Source: a virus. Taken from it: DNA of 64,000 nucleotides. Numbering within the stretch: the first letter of the stretch is position 1; each line of letters begins with the position of its first letter. Shown piece by piece: positions 27,964-37,489 of the stretch. The position numbers and the translations under genes are program-made. The stretch covers positions 32,207-96,206 of the IMG/VR virus record IMGVR_UViG_3300021479_000010. One strand, given 5' to 3'. The notes under the pieces are model-generated. The model was not told where the DNA came from and searched no databases. It worked only from the letters and a program-made list of their open reading frames with translations.

Positions 27964-29769
27964 ATGGGCTACGAGGCTCTTAAGAACGATAAGATCGAAT
28001 TCTTGAGAAAATGCTGGGCCGGATACGCCCCGCAAGTTCAGAAGGAATGGGGTATCGATCTATCCGACGGGCTAGAGCTAAGGCACAAAGCTCAAACGGA
28101 TTTGTTCTGGCTCTGCAATATCCTTGGCCGAACAAAGTTGCGGGGCAAACGCGAATGGAACGGGTATCAAATCGATACCCACCAAGAGATGTGCGATTTC
28201 TTTGTTCACAAAGACCCCTTGTTTAAGACGTTCGAAGAATTTGCAAAGCAAGATAAAGAAACCCACAACCGGCTTCTGCTCGTTCCTCGCGGTGGGTACA
28301 AGTCCACCATTAATATCGCGGATTGCGTTCAGTGGACGATTTGTTTCCCCGATATCGCTATCCTGTCATTGACAGGTGTTCGTAAACTCGCAGTTGACTT
28401 CGTTGGTGAATATACAACGTATTTCACACTGTCTGAAGACGGAACCCCGCGATACGTCCGAATTGACGGTGAAGATAGAATTAGTCTATTCCAGATTTTA
28501 TTTCCAGAACATTGCATTCGTCCGCAGGATGCTAAGCAGGACGAATTTACAACTCCGGCGCGGCGGGTAAATAGCAAAGAGCCGACCATTATGGCGGCGG
28601 GTATTGAGCAGAGTTTATCCGGCTGGCACTTCGATATTCTCAAACCAGACGACGTGGTAACGAATGACAACTCTTATACCCAGCACAAAATCCAGTGGGT
28701 CAATCGACAACTAGGAATTGACCACGCGATGCTCCATCCTTATGGATATTACGATAAGGTTGGAACCTGGTACGACATCGCGGATACTTACGGACAAGAT
28801 ATTAAGGCCGAAGAAGAATTAAAGAAGGAAGGTCGCGATCCTTCGATTAAGATTCTACTTCGTTCTGCATTGTGGCTGAAACCAGAAGCAATTGCTCGGG
28901 GCGTGAATGATGATAACGCCCGCGAAGAAGATTATATCTTGTGGTTTCCAGAAGGACTCAGTTATGAGTTCCTAATGGATCAGCGGCGCAAGAATCAAGA
29001 AACTTACGCTATTAAATACCTTAATAATCCCCTTGCTGCGCACCAGATTAAGTTTCCTCGCGAACTACTGATCGCACGAACGGTTGATACGATTCCTCAA
29101 AGTGGAATTGTATTCGAAGCTTGGGACCTCGCATATTCTGAGAAAGAATCTGCGAAATATACCGTAGGAATGGCTGGACTATTCAGTTCCGACGGTATCT
29201 ATCTTATCGATATGGTGCGTGGTCGATTCGGGGAATACGAACTTCCCGGTGTGATGGCTGCGTTTGCGCACAAGTGGAAGCCGCGCAGAGTCGCCGTTGA
29301 GGATTCAATGGGTGCTCGATGGCTCAAGCGTGGAATAGATGAAGAACTCGCCAAGACCAGAACGAATGTAGCCTTTGAATTTATTTCCCTCGGCAAAGGC
29401 AGCAAAGCCAAGAGTAAGGAAATAAAGGCCAAGGGCGCGTCCAATATGCTCGGTACTGGACGACTTTTCTTTTGGAAGTCCATGACTGGATTGCAAGACG
29501 CCTACAACGAAATGGAAGCTTTTCCAAAAGGCACGTTTACTGACATCGTTTGTTCTTTATCTTTGCTGGTCAATCACTTCTCAAATTTTACTTATGCAGT
29601 GATGCCAACCGAGCCCATTTTCATAACTGAAAGAATGGAACGAGTTCAGAGAGACATGGTTTATGGCCTCGGGGCTTACGCACCAAAGGTGCAAGATCAG
29701 ACGATGATTGCCTTACAGGGTGAACAAGACGTGGACTATGACCCTCTTGCCCAATCAGGGCTCTACTAG
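27964..29769 (+). CDS. terL: Terminase large subunit
   Basis: Walker A PRGGYKST; Walker B FDILKPDD; VGTW; nuclease motifs AWDLAYS and FPKGTFTDIV. Confidence 0.9.
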   Translation: MGYEALKNDKIEFLRKCWAGYAPQVQKEWGIDLSDGLELRHKAQTDLFWLCNILGRTKLRGKREWNGYQIDTHQEMCDFFVHKDPLFKTFEEFAKQDKETHNRLLLVPRGGYKSTINIADCVQWTICFPDIAILSLTGVRKLAVDFVGEYTTYFTLSEDGTPRYVRIDGEDRISLFQILFPEHCIRPQDAKQDEFTTPARRVNSKEPTIMAAGIEQSLSGWHFDILKPDDVVTNDNSYTQHKIQWVNRQLGIDHAMLHPYGYYDKVGTWYDIADTYGQDIKAEEELKKEGRDPSIKILLRSALWLKPEAIARGVNDDNAREEDYILWFPEGLSYEFLMDQRRKNQETYAIKYLNNPLAAHQIKFPRELLIARTVDTIPQSGIVFEAWDLAYSEKESAKYTVGMAGLFSSDGIYLIDMVRGRFGEYELPGVMAAFAHKWKPRRVAVEDSMGARWLKRGIDEELAKTRTNVAFEFISLGKGSKAKSKEIKAKGASNMLGTGRLFFWKSMTGLQDAYNEMEAFPKGTFTDIVCSLSLLVNHFSNFTYAVMPTEPIFITERMERVQRDMVYGLGAYAPKVQDQTMIALQGEQDVDYDPLAQSGLY

Positions 29770-29775
29770 AGGCAC

Positions 29776-30078
29776 ATGGATTTCATTGATTATTCTGCCA
29801 AGAGCGTCTGCAAGACGCCAACGCTTTCCGTAACAGCCAGCACTTCGAGTCCAAAAACTCTTTATCAGGTCCACACTGATTTGATTTTTATCAATGTTGG
29901 TAGCGGCTGGGTTCCAATGGCGCAACCTTCCAGTAGTTCTGTGTATTCTGGATATACGACTTTGCCCGCTTCCACGCAAGCCAACGTTGTTACCAGTTTG
30001 GCCGTTACTGCCCCGTTGGGAAGCGTAACAGTTAAAACCGGCAATGCAATTGATACCGCGATTCGCGGACACAAATAG
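29776..30078 (+). CDS. Small Ser/Thr-rich putative structural protein
   Basis: Composition; GAGG RBS. Confidence 0.55.
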   Translation: MDFIDYSAKSVCKTPTLSVTASTSSPKTLYQVHTDLIFINVGSGWVPMAQPSSSSVYSGYTTLPASTQANVVTSLAVTAPLGSVTVKTGNAIDTAIRGHK

Positions 30079-30085
30079 GAGATAT

Positions 30086-30379
30086 ATGTCTAACGTTTCG
30101 ACTGTTCTGCCCGCCAATATCATTAAAACTGCTCGAACTGCGGCGACTGCTGCGGCTTCTAGCACCGCGACGCCATATGATAGCGGTAATATTATTACTT
30201 GGTCGCTTCCGGGATTTCCGACAACTAAGTTAGTTAACGGCTCGCAAAGTTTCTCCACCAAGGCTGGAGAAGTATTTACGGATTTCGCATCTGGACAAGT
30301 TGTAACTGCCAGCACAGATGTTAGCGGTTCTACGTTGACCTACAGCTTGCAAGCCGGGACACCAGCAAATAACGACTAA
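30086..30379 (+). CDS. Small Ser/Thr/Ala-rich putative structural protein
   Basis: AGGAG RBS; composition. Confidence 0.6.
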   Translation: MSNVSTVLPANIIKTARTAATAAASSTATPYDSGNIITWSLPGFPTTKLVNGSQSFSTKAGEVFTDFASGQVVTASTDVSGSTLTYSLQAGTPANND

Positions 30380-30919
30380 TGCGCCAAATTGGTGCTTACA
30401 CAATAATAGAAGATGGTGAGGAGAAATTCTACACCATCCTCGATTGTGAATGCCACTTACAAGTAATGGTTGGAATGTTCTTCGAAGAAGACCTTCCTTG
30501 CCCACTCCACGAAGAATATAGATATTTCTACGATTTTAATGATGGAAAGCCGCATAGGAAATAATATGACTACGAATAGATTGATTCCGCCAACTGTACA
30601 AGAAACCACCACTGGGGGAGTTTACCCCGCCCCGCAGCCACAGCATGTTTGTCCGGCTTGCGGATATTGCCCGTGCTGCGGACGTGGGTACGGATTTCAG
30701 CCGCCATATTATGTTCCCCAACCGCACTATGTTCCTCCGACAATGCCGTACTACAGATATCCGTGGACAGTAACCTGCTAAATCTTGTAACGAACCGTCT
30801 GCTGTTCTGAACCAAGCGGCCAGTTTTTAAGCCACTGCTTTCGAGATTCGCCGTAGTCAAAACGAGAAATGCTGACGGGAATGCCATCATCCGCTATAAG
30901 AATAACTGTATTTCCATCA

Positions 30920-31465
30920 TTACTGATTACTTTGGATTTCATCGTTTCTTTTTCCATTATTGTTCTCCGGTAGATTTAATTTAGCAAATTCTCCAAAATA
31001 GTGTAAGGCCGCTCGATCATAAGCTTCCACGGCTTCCGCCTCGGTTTTGAATTGCCCTAAATTGATAGTCTTCTTGCTAACGGTTATGATGGCCCGCCAT
31101 CTTTTTTGATCCGAGCGCCAGCGGATACCTTTAAAAGTAGTCCCGATGGATGGCTGTCTCTTTTGGCGATTCTGCCCGTTAGTGACGTGCGTGGCGATTC
31201 TGAGATTATCGCGGGTATTGTTCAAACCATCGCCATCTTTGTGATCAACCTTAATTTTTGGATCGGCAACTCCTAAAATCAATCGATGCATGTGTTGCGT
31301 GGTTCGATTGGATTTAGGACCAACTGTGCGAATGGCGTAAACCGCGTACAGTAGACCTTTGCGCCAAGTTTCCTGCGCTTGCCATTTTCGGCCAGCAACA
31401 ATTTCATCATATTTATCATCATCTACTAAAGCAATATATCCCTTAGTTAATTTGATCTGCTTCAT
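30920..31465 (-). CDS. HNH-AP2 homing endonuclease
   Basis: MHRLIL..VDHKDGDGLNNTRDNLR; AYDRAALHYFGEFAKLN. Confidence 0.9.
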   Translation of the reverse strand: MKQIKLTKGYIALVDDDKYDEIVAGRKWQAQETWRKGLLYAVYAIRTVGPKSNRTTQHMHRLILGVADPKIKVDHKDGDGLNNTRDNLRIATHVTNGQNRQKRQPSIGTTFKGIRWRSDQKRWRAIITVSKKTINLGQFKTEAEAVEAYDRAALHYFGEFAKLNLPENNNGKRNDEIQSNQ

Positions 31466-31474
31466 AATCTCTAT

Positions 31475-31503
31475 ATTATACGATCAAGATTGAGAATTGT
31501 CAA
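31475..31503 (-). promoter_or_regulatory. Consensus sigma70 promoter for the antisense HNH-AP2 gene
   Basis: TTGACA-17-TATAAT on the minus strand; the -35 box overlaps the portal start codon. Confidence 0.8.
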
Positions 31504-33596
31504 TGGCCTTGTTGCAACATGACGGAAACGAACATAAAGTCCTAGAAGGGACAGACTTTACTTCGTCCGGAGAATTAAAGACTCGGGAAGATACCACCGC
31601 TCTCGTTGTGGGTTTTGCGGAAAAATCTGAAACGTGGATCGCAAGCAAGCAGTGGAATTTGATGTGGAGGGACGCAGATTTACTGTTCCAAGCGCCCCGT
31701 CCGATGTCTGTTGTAGAAAATACTTATGTACTAGAACCTAACGTGCAGAGGTTCACTGTTGCAAAAGTAGTTAACTCGGTGGTGCCTCAATTATATAAAG
31801 GTTTGTTCTTCGAAAATCCGCCGATGGTCCTCCGCCCACGTCCCGGAACTTCTCAGAAAATTACGGATGATAAAACTGTAATTATTTCGTATCTTCTCGA
31901 TGCTTGCCAATTTAAACGAGAGGTTAAATGGGGATTAGAGTGCCTCGCCCATCTCGGAACCGGCATTTGGAAGTGGGGAATCGAGCGAGTTGAAAAGGAA
32001 ATTCCCCGCAGAGTTAGCACGGACGTAAGTATTGATCCGGGTAAAGGCGCTCCGCCAGAGAAGATTAGCGCGGATGAACCGCCCAAGATCGAAACAGTTA
32101 AGAAGATTTGTTCTAAGCCTTTCTTCGAATTTCGTCCTATCCAGCGTGTTCTCGTAAGCCCCAATCTTAAAGTCGGCGATATTCGAGAATCCGATGAAGT
32201 TGCCGATGTCCGATATATGGATTTTTATCAGCTTCAGGATTTGAAGAAGGCTAATTCGGTTGATGGTAAACCGATGGAAGGTTGGACTTGGGACGAATAT
32301 TATAGTGATGAGAAACTGAAAGAACTGTGGAATCCGCCGGTCGAGGGATTCGAAACTCCAGGTCCTTTGCGCACAGATGTTCAAGCGCAAACAACTGGAG
32401 TTGTTCACCACGGAGAAGAAGATACTTTTGTAAATAGCGCGGACCCTCTCGCAAAGAAACTAGAAGTTCTAGAATATTGGACGAAACGCCGCAAAATTAT
32501 TGTTCTCAATCGCAAGAAGACCATCTTCAGCGGCGAAAATCCTTTTCGCAAGATTCCTTTCTTGTCGGCAAATTGGTGGAACCGCCCCAAAGCTTTCTAT
32601 GGCATGGGTATCGGGTTAACCGTAGGACAGAATCAGCGAGTTGACCAAGGCACAATCAACTCGATTCTAAAGGTTCTGAGTTTCGCGGTAAATCCCGCAT
32701 ACGTGCGCACGCGAGATTCCAATGCTCCGACGCAGATGATCCGGACCGGCATTGGGAAGATTATTACCGTTGACGGAATAGCCAGCGAAGCTTTTCATCT
32801 TTTAGAGACTCCGAAAGTTCCGCCGGATACATGGGCTGCGCTACAAAATTCAGAAGCGAACACGGAGTCTACAACTGGCGCGGATCAGTCATTAGTTCAG
32901 GGCTCAACTGCCGGGCCGCGTACCGGAATGGGGCGTTCTGCCGCTGGTGCGAATGCTCTTGCAAATGCTTCTGCGACTCGTCTTGACGGCCCTCTAGATA
33001 ATTTCATCGATCAAGTATTTACGCCGTTCCTGTATATTCTAGACGAACTCGTATTTTATTACATGTCCGACCAAGAAATTCAAGATATTCTTGGCGAGGA
33101 AAAAGGCAAAGATTACAGAACCGATCTCCAGCAATTCCACGATGGCAAAATAGAATTCGAAGTTTTGGCGAGTTCTAGCCTCGCAGCCAAGAGAACGATG
33201 GCCCAGAGCCTGACTCTAATTACTCAGTTCATGCAGAACCCCGGCTTTAATGAATACTTGGCCGATCTGGGTCTGTATATCGATTGGGAGACCATCTTCG
33301 ATATGTGGTTGATGGCCAGCGAATGGAAGAATGGCCAAGACATTATTAAACATCTTACTCCGGAAATGGAGCAGAGACGCCAAGCCAAATTGCAGCAACA
33401 ACAGCAAGGTCCGCTGCAAACGCAGATGGCGATTAACAATCAGAAGGCACAAGATAAGTCTGCTTTGGAAGATCAACGTTCCGCAAATAAGATCAAAAAT
33501 GACTTGGTTCGTTTTGCAACTCTACACTCCGCCGAATCAGAAGCCACCGAAGGCGAACCCGGTAATACCGGATTTGGCGATATTGAGGGCATGTAA
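31503..33596 (+). CDS. Portal protein
   Basis: About 700 aa after TerL; GTGIWK, EVLEYW, PF....W...P..FYGMG; Gln-rich C-terminal barrel typical of podovirus portals. Confidence 0.85.
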   Translation: MALLQHDGNEHKVLEGTDFTSSGELKTREDTTALVVGFAEKSETWIASKQWNLMWRDADLLFQAPRPMSVVENTYVLEPNVQRFTVAKVVNSVVPQLYKGLFFENPPMVLRPRPGTSQKITDDKTVIISYLLDACQFKREVKWGLECLAHLGTGIWKWGIERVEKEIPRRVSTDVSIDPGKGAPPEKISADEPPKIETVKKICSKPFFEFRPIQRVLVSPNLKVGDIRESDEVADVRYMDFYQLQDLKKANSVDGKPMEGWTWDEYYSDEKLKELWNPPVEGFETPGPLRTDVQAQTTGVVHHGEEDTFVNSADPLAKKLEVLEYWTKRRKIIVLNRKKTIFSGENPFRKIPFLSANWWNRPKAFYGMGIGLTVGQNQRVDQGTINSILKVLSFAVNPAYVRTRDSNAPTQMIRTGIGKIITVDGIASEAFHLLETPKVPPDTWAALQNSEANTESTTGADQSLVQGSTAGPRTGMGRSAAGANALANASATRLDGPLDNFIDQVFTPFLYILDELVFYYMSDQEIQDILGEEKGKDYRTDLQQFHDGKIEFEVLASSSLAAKRTMAQSLTLITQFMQNPGFNEYLADLGLYIDWETIFDMWLMASEWKNGQDIIKHLTPEMEQRRQAKLQQQQQGPLQTQMAINNQKAQDKSALEDQRSANKIKNDLVRFATLHSAESEATEGEPGNTGFGDIEGM

Positions 33597-34426
33597 TGGA
33601 CGAGATGTCGGGTAAAGATGGAACGTCCATAAGTGGATTTGTGCACGGCGGGGAGAATAAGCCACCCCGCGAATGCGGAAATTGCATTTGGATGGGAATG
33701 GAAAGCTGCGGGAATAATTTAGTAATTCTTGATCCGCAAGTTCCTAAGAATAAAGACGGACGCGGTATTGTAGATTCCGATGATTGTTGTAACTCCTTCC
33801 AGTCTAAAGGTAATGCGATTATCTATATTGTTCGCCACGGAGAAACGGAAGGTAATAAAAAGAAAGAGTTTCGTGGTTGGATAGATATTCCTTTAAATGA
33901 CCAAGGTATCTCCGAAGCGAAACTAGCTCGCAAGTTTCTAGAAGATAAAGGTATTAAAGAAGTATTCTGCTCCGATCTTGGGCGAGCTGTGCACACGGCT
34001 AAGCTAGTAATGCCGAGTAAAAATCCAGAGCACGATAATAATATGCGACCTTGGGATGTAGGTATTTTCTCAGGCAAGTCTCGCGATATTTATCAATCCT
34101 CTCTTAATAAATACATAGATAATCCGGATACACCAATTCCAGACGGAGAATCATTAAGAGAGTTCGCCGAGCGAAATCGTAAAGCTCTTGAGAAATATAT
34201 TAAGATTGCAAAGAAAGAAGGGCCAATTCTATTGGCCGTACACTCTAGTAACTGTATTCAAGCAGAAAAATTGATAGAAGGCAAAGATGAGTTAGGCCGC
34301 CCCGAAGATGTAGATCGAGTTTTGCCGGGCGGAGTAATGTGTATTCTAGACGAAGGTGAAGCCGGTCTTAAGATAGAAGTAGTTTTTGGTGATAGCCCCG
34401 AAAAAGAAGCAAATTACGGAAGTTAA
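33596..34426 (+). CDS. Histidine phosphatase with N-terminal Cys-rich domain
   Basis: IVRHGET, SDLGRAVHTA, GES and AVH motifs; N-terminal CGNC..C...DCCN. Confidence 0.85.
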   Translation: MDEMSGKDGTSISGFVHGGENKPPRECGNCIWMGMESCGNNLVILDPQVPKNKDGRGIVDSDDCCNSFQSKGNAIIYIVRHGETEGNKKKEFRGWIDIPLNDQGISEAKLARKFLEDKGIKEVFCSDLGRAVHTAKLVMPSKNPEHDNNMRPWDVGIFSGKSRDIYQSSLNKYIDNPDTPIPDGESLREFAERNRKALEKYIKIAKKEGPILLAVHSSNCIQAEKLIEGKDELGRPEDVDRVLPGGVMCILDEGEAGLKIEVVFGDSPEKEANYGS

Positions 34427-34430
34427 TGAC

Positions 34431-34739
34431 ATGAGACCATCCAGTGAATACCAAATCTCCGATGTAGAACGCGGACATTTAATCGCTCTTGGACAGCTGC
34501 CCGGATTCCAAGTCCTTATTAACATTTGTGAATCCGAAGTCGAACAGTTCAAGGTCGATATGATCAATGCCGATCCTACGAAGATCGAAGACGTTCGTAG
34601 CAAGCATAATCTGGCTTTGGCCGCCGCGACATTCTGGAAGCGAGTTGCAAAGCGCATCAACCACGAACAGGCAGTTTTCGGATCACAAAGCCGCGCAAAT
34701 GATATTGTGCCCGATGTAACCGAAAGTATGTTTTCTTAA
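34431..34739 (+). CDS. Hypothetical head-module protein
   Basis: Small helical ORF between portal and scaffold. Confidence 0.6.
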   Translation: MRPSSEYQISDVERGHLIALGQLPGFQVLINICESEVEQFKVDMINADPTKIEDVRSKHNLALAAATFWKRVAKRINHEQAVFGSQSRANDIVPDVTESMFS

Positions 34740-34769
34740 GACCCTAATACAAACCTTATAAGGATAATT

Positions 34770-35639
34770 ATGTCAGACGAAACTCCAGTTGTTCCAGTTG
34801 CGGACCCCGCACCGGTTGTCGAAGCACCCAAAGAATTCATTTTCCAATACCAGCCTAAGGATGAAGAAGGTAAGCCTCTCGGAGCCCCTCAGGTTATCAA
34901 AGCAACTAACCCAGAAGAAGCGCTAGAGAAGATGGCCGCGCAGAATTCCGAGCTGGTGAAGCTGAATCGAAAACTGAACAAGGATATCCGACTGGGTAAT
35001 ATCGTTCAGGACGAAATTCCAGCAGATGCTCCTCGATTCAATAGTGCTCAATACGATTTTAATCCCAAGCCCTTGACTGCCGAAGATAGATTACAACTTA
35101 CACAGGATTTGAACGATCCCGAGAAGTGCGATTCGGCTATGGACAGATTGATTTCTGCTAGGATCGGCGATCCGGAAGCAATTCGTCAGACTCTTAGGCA
35201 AACTCGACAAGAGATCGCGACTATGCACGCTTTGGCGCAAGCCGAGGCTTTTGTAAAGAGTACTCCTGAATATTATGGTTGCGAAGAAAATAAACAAACG
35301 TTGGGATCGTGGATGATCAAGAATAATCTTGATCCTATCTTGAAAAATTTCAAATTAGCTTTTACAACATTGGGACCGCAAGGCGCAAATATCCTGAAAG
35401 AACGTCCGGTTCCGGAAGCACCGAAACCCGCTCCTGTGGTGGAACCACAGTCTGAACCCGCTCCGGTAGTAGTCGCCCCGCGCCCCGTAAGTTCTGGACT
35501 GACGCGGACAAATTCTTCGGATGCCGGAACCCCTATGAAAACCGGATACAGCGCCGCAGAAATTGAGAAAATGTCCGGTGAGGAATATAAACAGAAAGTT
35601 TTGATTCCTCAATTCCGTAGTCAACGCCAGCGTGCGTAA
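34770..35639 (+). CDS. Putative capsid scaffolding protein
   Basis: Acidic, Pro-rich and coiled-coil; C-terminal IEKMSGEEY; lies upstream of the MCP. Confidence 0.7.
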   Translation: MSDETPVVPVADPAPVVEAPKEFIFQYQPKDEEGKPLGAPQVIKATNPEEALEKMAAQNSELVKLNRKLNKDIRLGNIVQDEIPADAPRFNSAQYDFNPKPLTAEDRLQLTQDLNDPEKCDSAMDRLISARIGDPEAIRQTLRQTRQEIATMHALAQAEAFVKSTPEYYGCEENKQTLGSWMIKNNLDPILKNFKLAFTTLGPQGANILKERPVPEAPKPAPVVEPQSEPAPVVVAPRPVSSGLTRTNSSDAGTPMKTGYSAAEIEKMSGEEYKQKVLIPQFRSQRQRA

Positions 35640-36049
35640 TGCGAATCCGGCGGTACGATTCCCACGATTTTGATGATGTTGATTATCTCCAACGGGACTT
35701 CTATAAATTCCCGGCAACCAGAGAAGAATTGCGGGGCAAGTTAGAACACCCCGCATGGGTTGTAGAAGAAGACGGCGGTGTCATTGGAGCGGCAGTAACT
35801 TGTCCAGAAGCGGACAGAATATTGCTATGGGCAATCAACGTCGCACCGAGTTATCGCAATATGGGTATCGGTTCGAAGCTTCTACAAACCGTTATTGAAT
35901 TTTATCACGATACTATTTTATATCTCTATGTCGAGCCCGGCAATCCTGCGAGGAAATTGTATTACCGACACGGCTTCCGCGCCTCGCAATTATTGAAAGA
36001 TCATTTCGGAAAAGGCTTCGACACAATAGAGATGTATAAGCTCTGTTAG
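35639..36049 (+). CDS. GNAT (RimI-like) acetyltransferase
   Basis: VAPSYRNMGIGSKLL; NPARKLYYRHGF. Confidence 0.85.
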   Translation: MRIRRYDSHDFDDVDYLQRDFYKFPATREELRGKLEHPAWVVEEDGGVIGAAVTCPEADRILLWAINVAPSYRNMGIGSKLLQTVIEFYHDTILYLYVEPGNPARKLYYRHGFRASQLLKDHFGKGFDTIEMYKLC

Positions 36050-36167
36050 GTTCATAATAATAAACACTAACGGGTTTAACGTTAATTAAAATGAACCTTA
36101 TATTAGGTGAATAGTCCACAAATGGACATAATACCTGATATATTAGGCTACCCCGCAAATTTGCCGA

Positions 36168-36260
36168 GAGAATCGGATTATTCTCAAAGCCCCAACGCAT
36201 GTGAGGGATTCACCTTGGTCAACTCTTGACTGAGGACAGCACAACGAGTCGGATTACTCG
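36168..36260 (+). promoter_or_regulatory. Hairpin cluster in the MCP leader with GGA-containing loops
   Basis: GAGAAT-CGGATT-ATTCTC, GTGA-GGGAT-TCAC and CGAGT-CGGATT-ACTCG. Confidence 0.55.
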
Positions 36261-36303
36261 TCTAGGCTGCCGCGCATAAGAGTATTCCAATTACAGGTGA
36301 AAT

Positions 36304-37347
36304 ATGGCTTTTTCTCCGGCTGGCAATAACCAGTCAAATCTTCCGCAGAGTACTGTGCGATATTACGACAAAAAGTTCCGCGAGAACTTGAAAGCACAGA
36401 CCCCCTTCGTCGCTTGCTCCGAGCGTTTGGACCTCCCGATGAAGAGTGGTAACCAGTACAACCTCTATATGTACGTTCCGTTGGCCGCGAATACCTCGCA
36501 GACCACGGAAGGTACGGTTGGCAGCTCAATCACAGTTAGCGTCCTGAATACCTCGGCTACGATTGGTGAGTATGCGGATTACGCGAACTTCTCCAGTCTG
36601 TCTTTGGCGACTGCCATCGACAACACGGTCGAGAACGTCGCTCGCGAAATGGCGTATCGCCTCGGCGAGTCGCTTTCCGCGCTGGTTCGTGCGACGGCAG
36701 ATGGTGCGAACTCGGTTGACTCGTCTGTCCTGACGAAGCTCGCCGCGACTTCGACCACGAGCTTTACCACTCTGTCCTTGACCTACATCCGCAACGCCGT
36801 CCAGAGCTTGGCCGGTCGTTCGGTGCGGCCCTTCGATGAAGCGAGCAAGAACTTCGCAGGCGTCATCCATCCCTTCACCCTTGGCGATGTGTTGGCGGAC
36901 AACTCGAACGACTCGCCAATCGATATCCTGAAGCGGACCCCGCAGGGTTATGCGCGGTTGGATGAAATCATCTCAACCGACCTGACCGAAGTCATCGAAA
37001 TCCCGACTTCCGGCGTGAGCTTCTTCCAGTCCAACCTCGTCACGACCAGCTCGAACTACAATCCGGGCACGGGCGCAGTGACTGGCTTGACGGCGCTCCG
37101 CACGTACATTTTTGGCCGGGACGGCATTTTCTCGATCAATCTTGGTGCGATGGGCGACACGGGCTACGGCGATGGCGAATGGCGCAATATTAAATGCAAC
37201 ATTGTGCAAAATGCCGAGCCGTCTGTGGCTGACCCGTCTGGCCTAATTCCTGGTTGGACGAGCTATCGTGTTCATTTTACAACTAGTTTGGGGCCGGATA
37301 CTACGATCCGCATAAGAGAAATAGACGCCGCGTCGGCCATCTCCTAA
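36304..37347 (+). CDS. Major capsid protein (N4-gp56-like)
   Basis: YYDKKF, LPMKSG, EG...ATIGEYADY..FS, GVIHP..LGD, TYIFGRDG; strongly biased codon usage; position. Confidence 0.85.
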   Translation: MAFSPAGNNQSNLPQSTVRYYDKKFRENLKAQTPFVACSERLDLPMKSGNQYNLYMYVPLAANTSQTTEGTVGSSITVSVLNTSATIGEYADYANFSSLSLATAIDNTVENVAREMAYRLGESLSALVRATADGANSVDSSVLTKLAATSTTSFTTLSLTYIRNAVQSLAGRSVRPFDEASKNFAGVIHPFTLGDVLADNSNDSPIDILKRTPQGYARLDEIISTDLTEVIEIPTSGVSFFQSNLVTTSSNYNPGTGAVTGLTALRTYIFGRDGIFSINLGAMGDTGYGDGEWRNIKCNIVQNAEPSVADPSGLIPGWTSYRVHFTTSLGPDTTIRIREIDAASAIS

Positions 37348-37375
37348 CTCTTTGATTTTAAAAGAGATCGAGTTG

Positions 37376-37403
37376 TTGACAAAGTGTTTATTTCTGGTAT
37401 AAT
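37376..37403 (+). promoter_or_regulatory. Sigma70 promoter
   Basis: TTGACA-16-TATAAT with an extended TG. Confidence 0.7.
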
Positions 37404-37489
37404 GTTTGTAGCTGGTTGACACTGGTTACAAATCGAGGAGGGCGGGTGCCTTACCACTCGCCCAAATCGGTTCCCTGTAAGGAGGGAAT

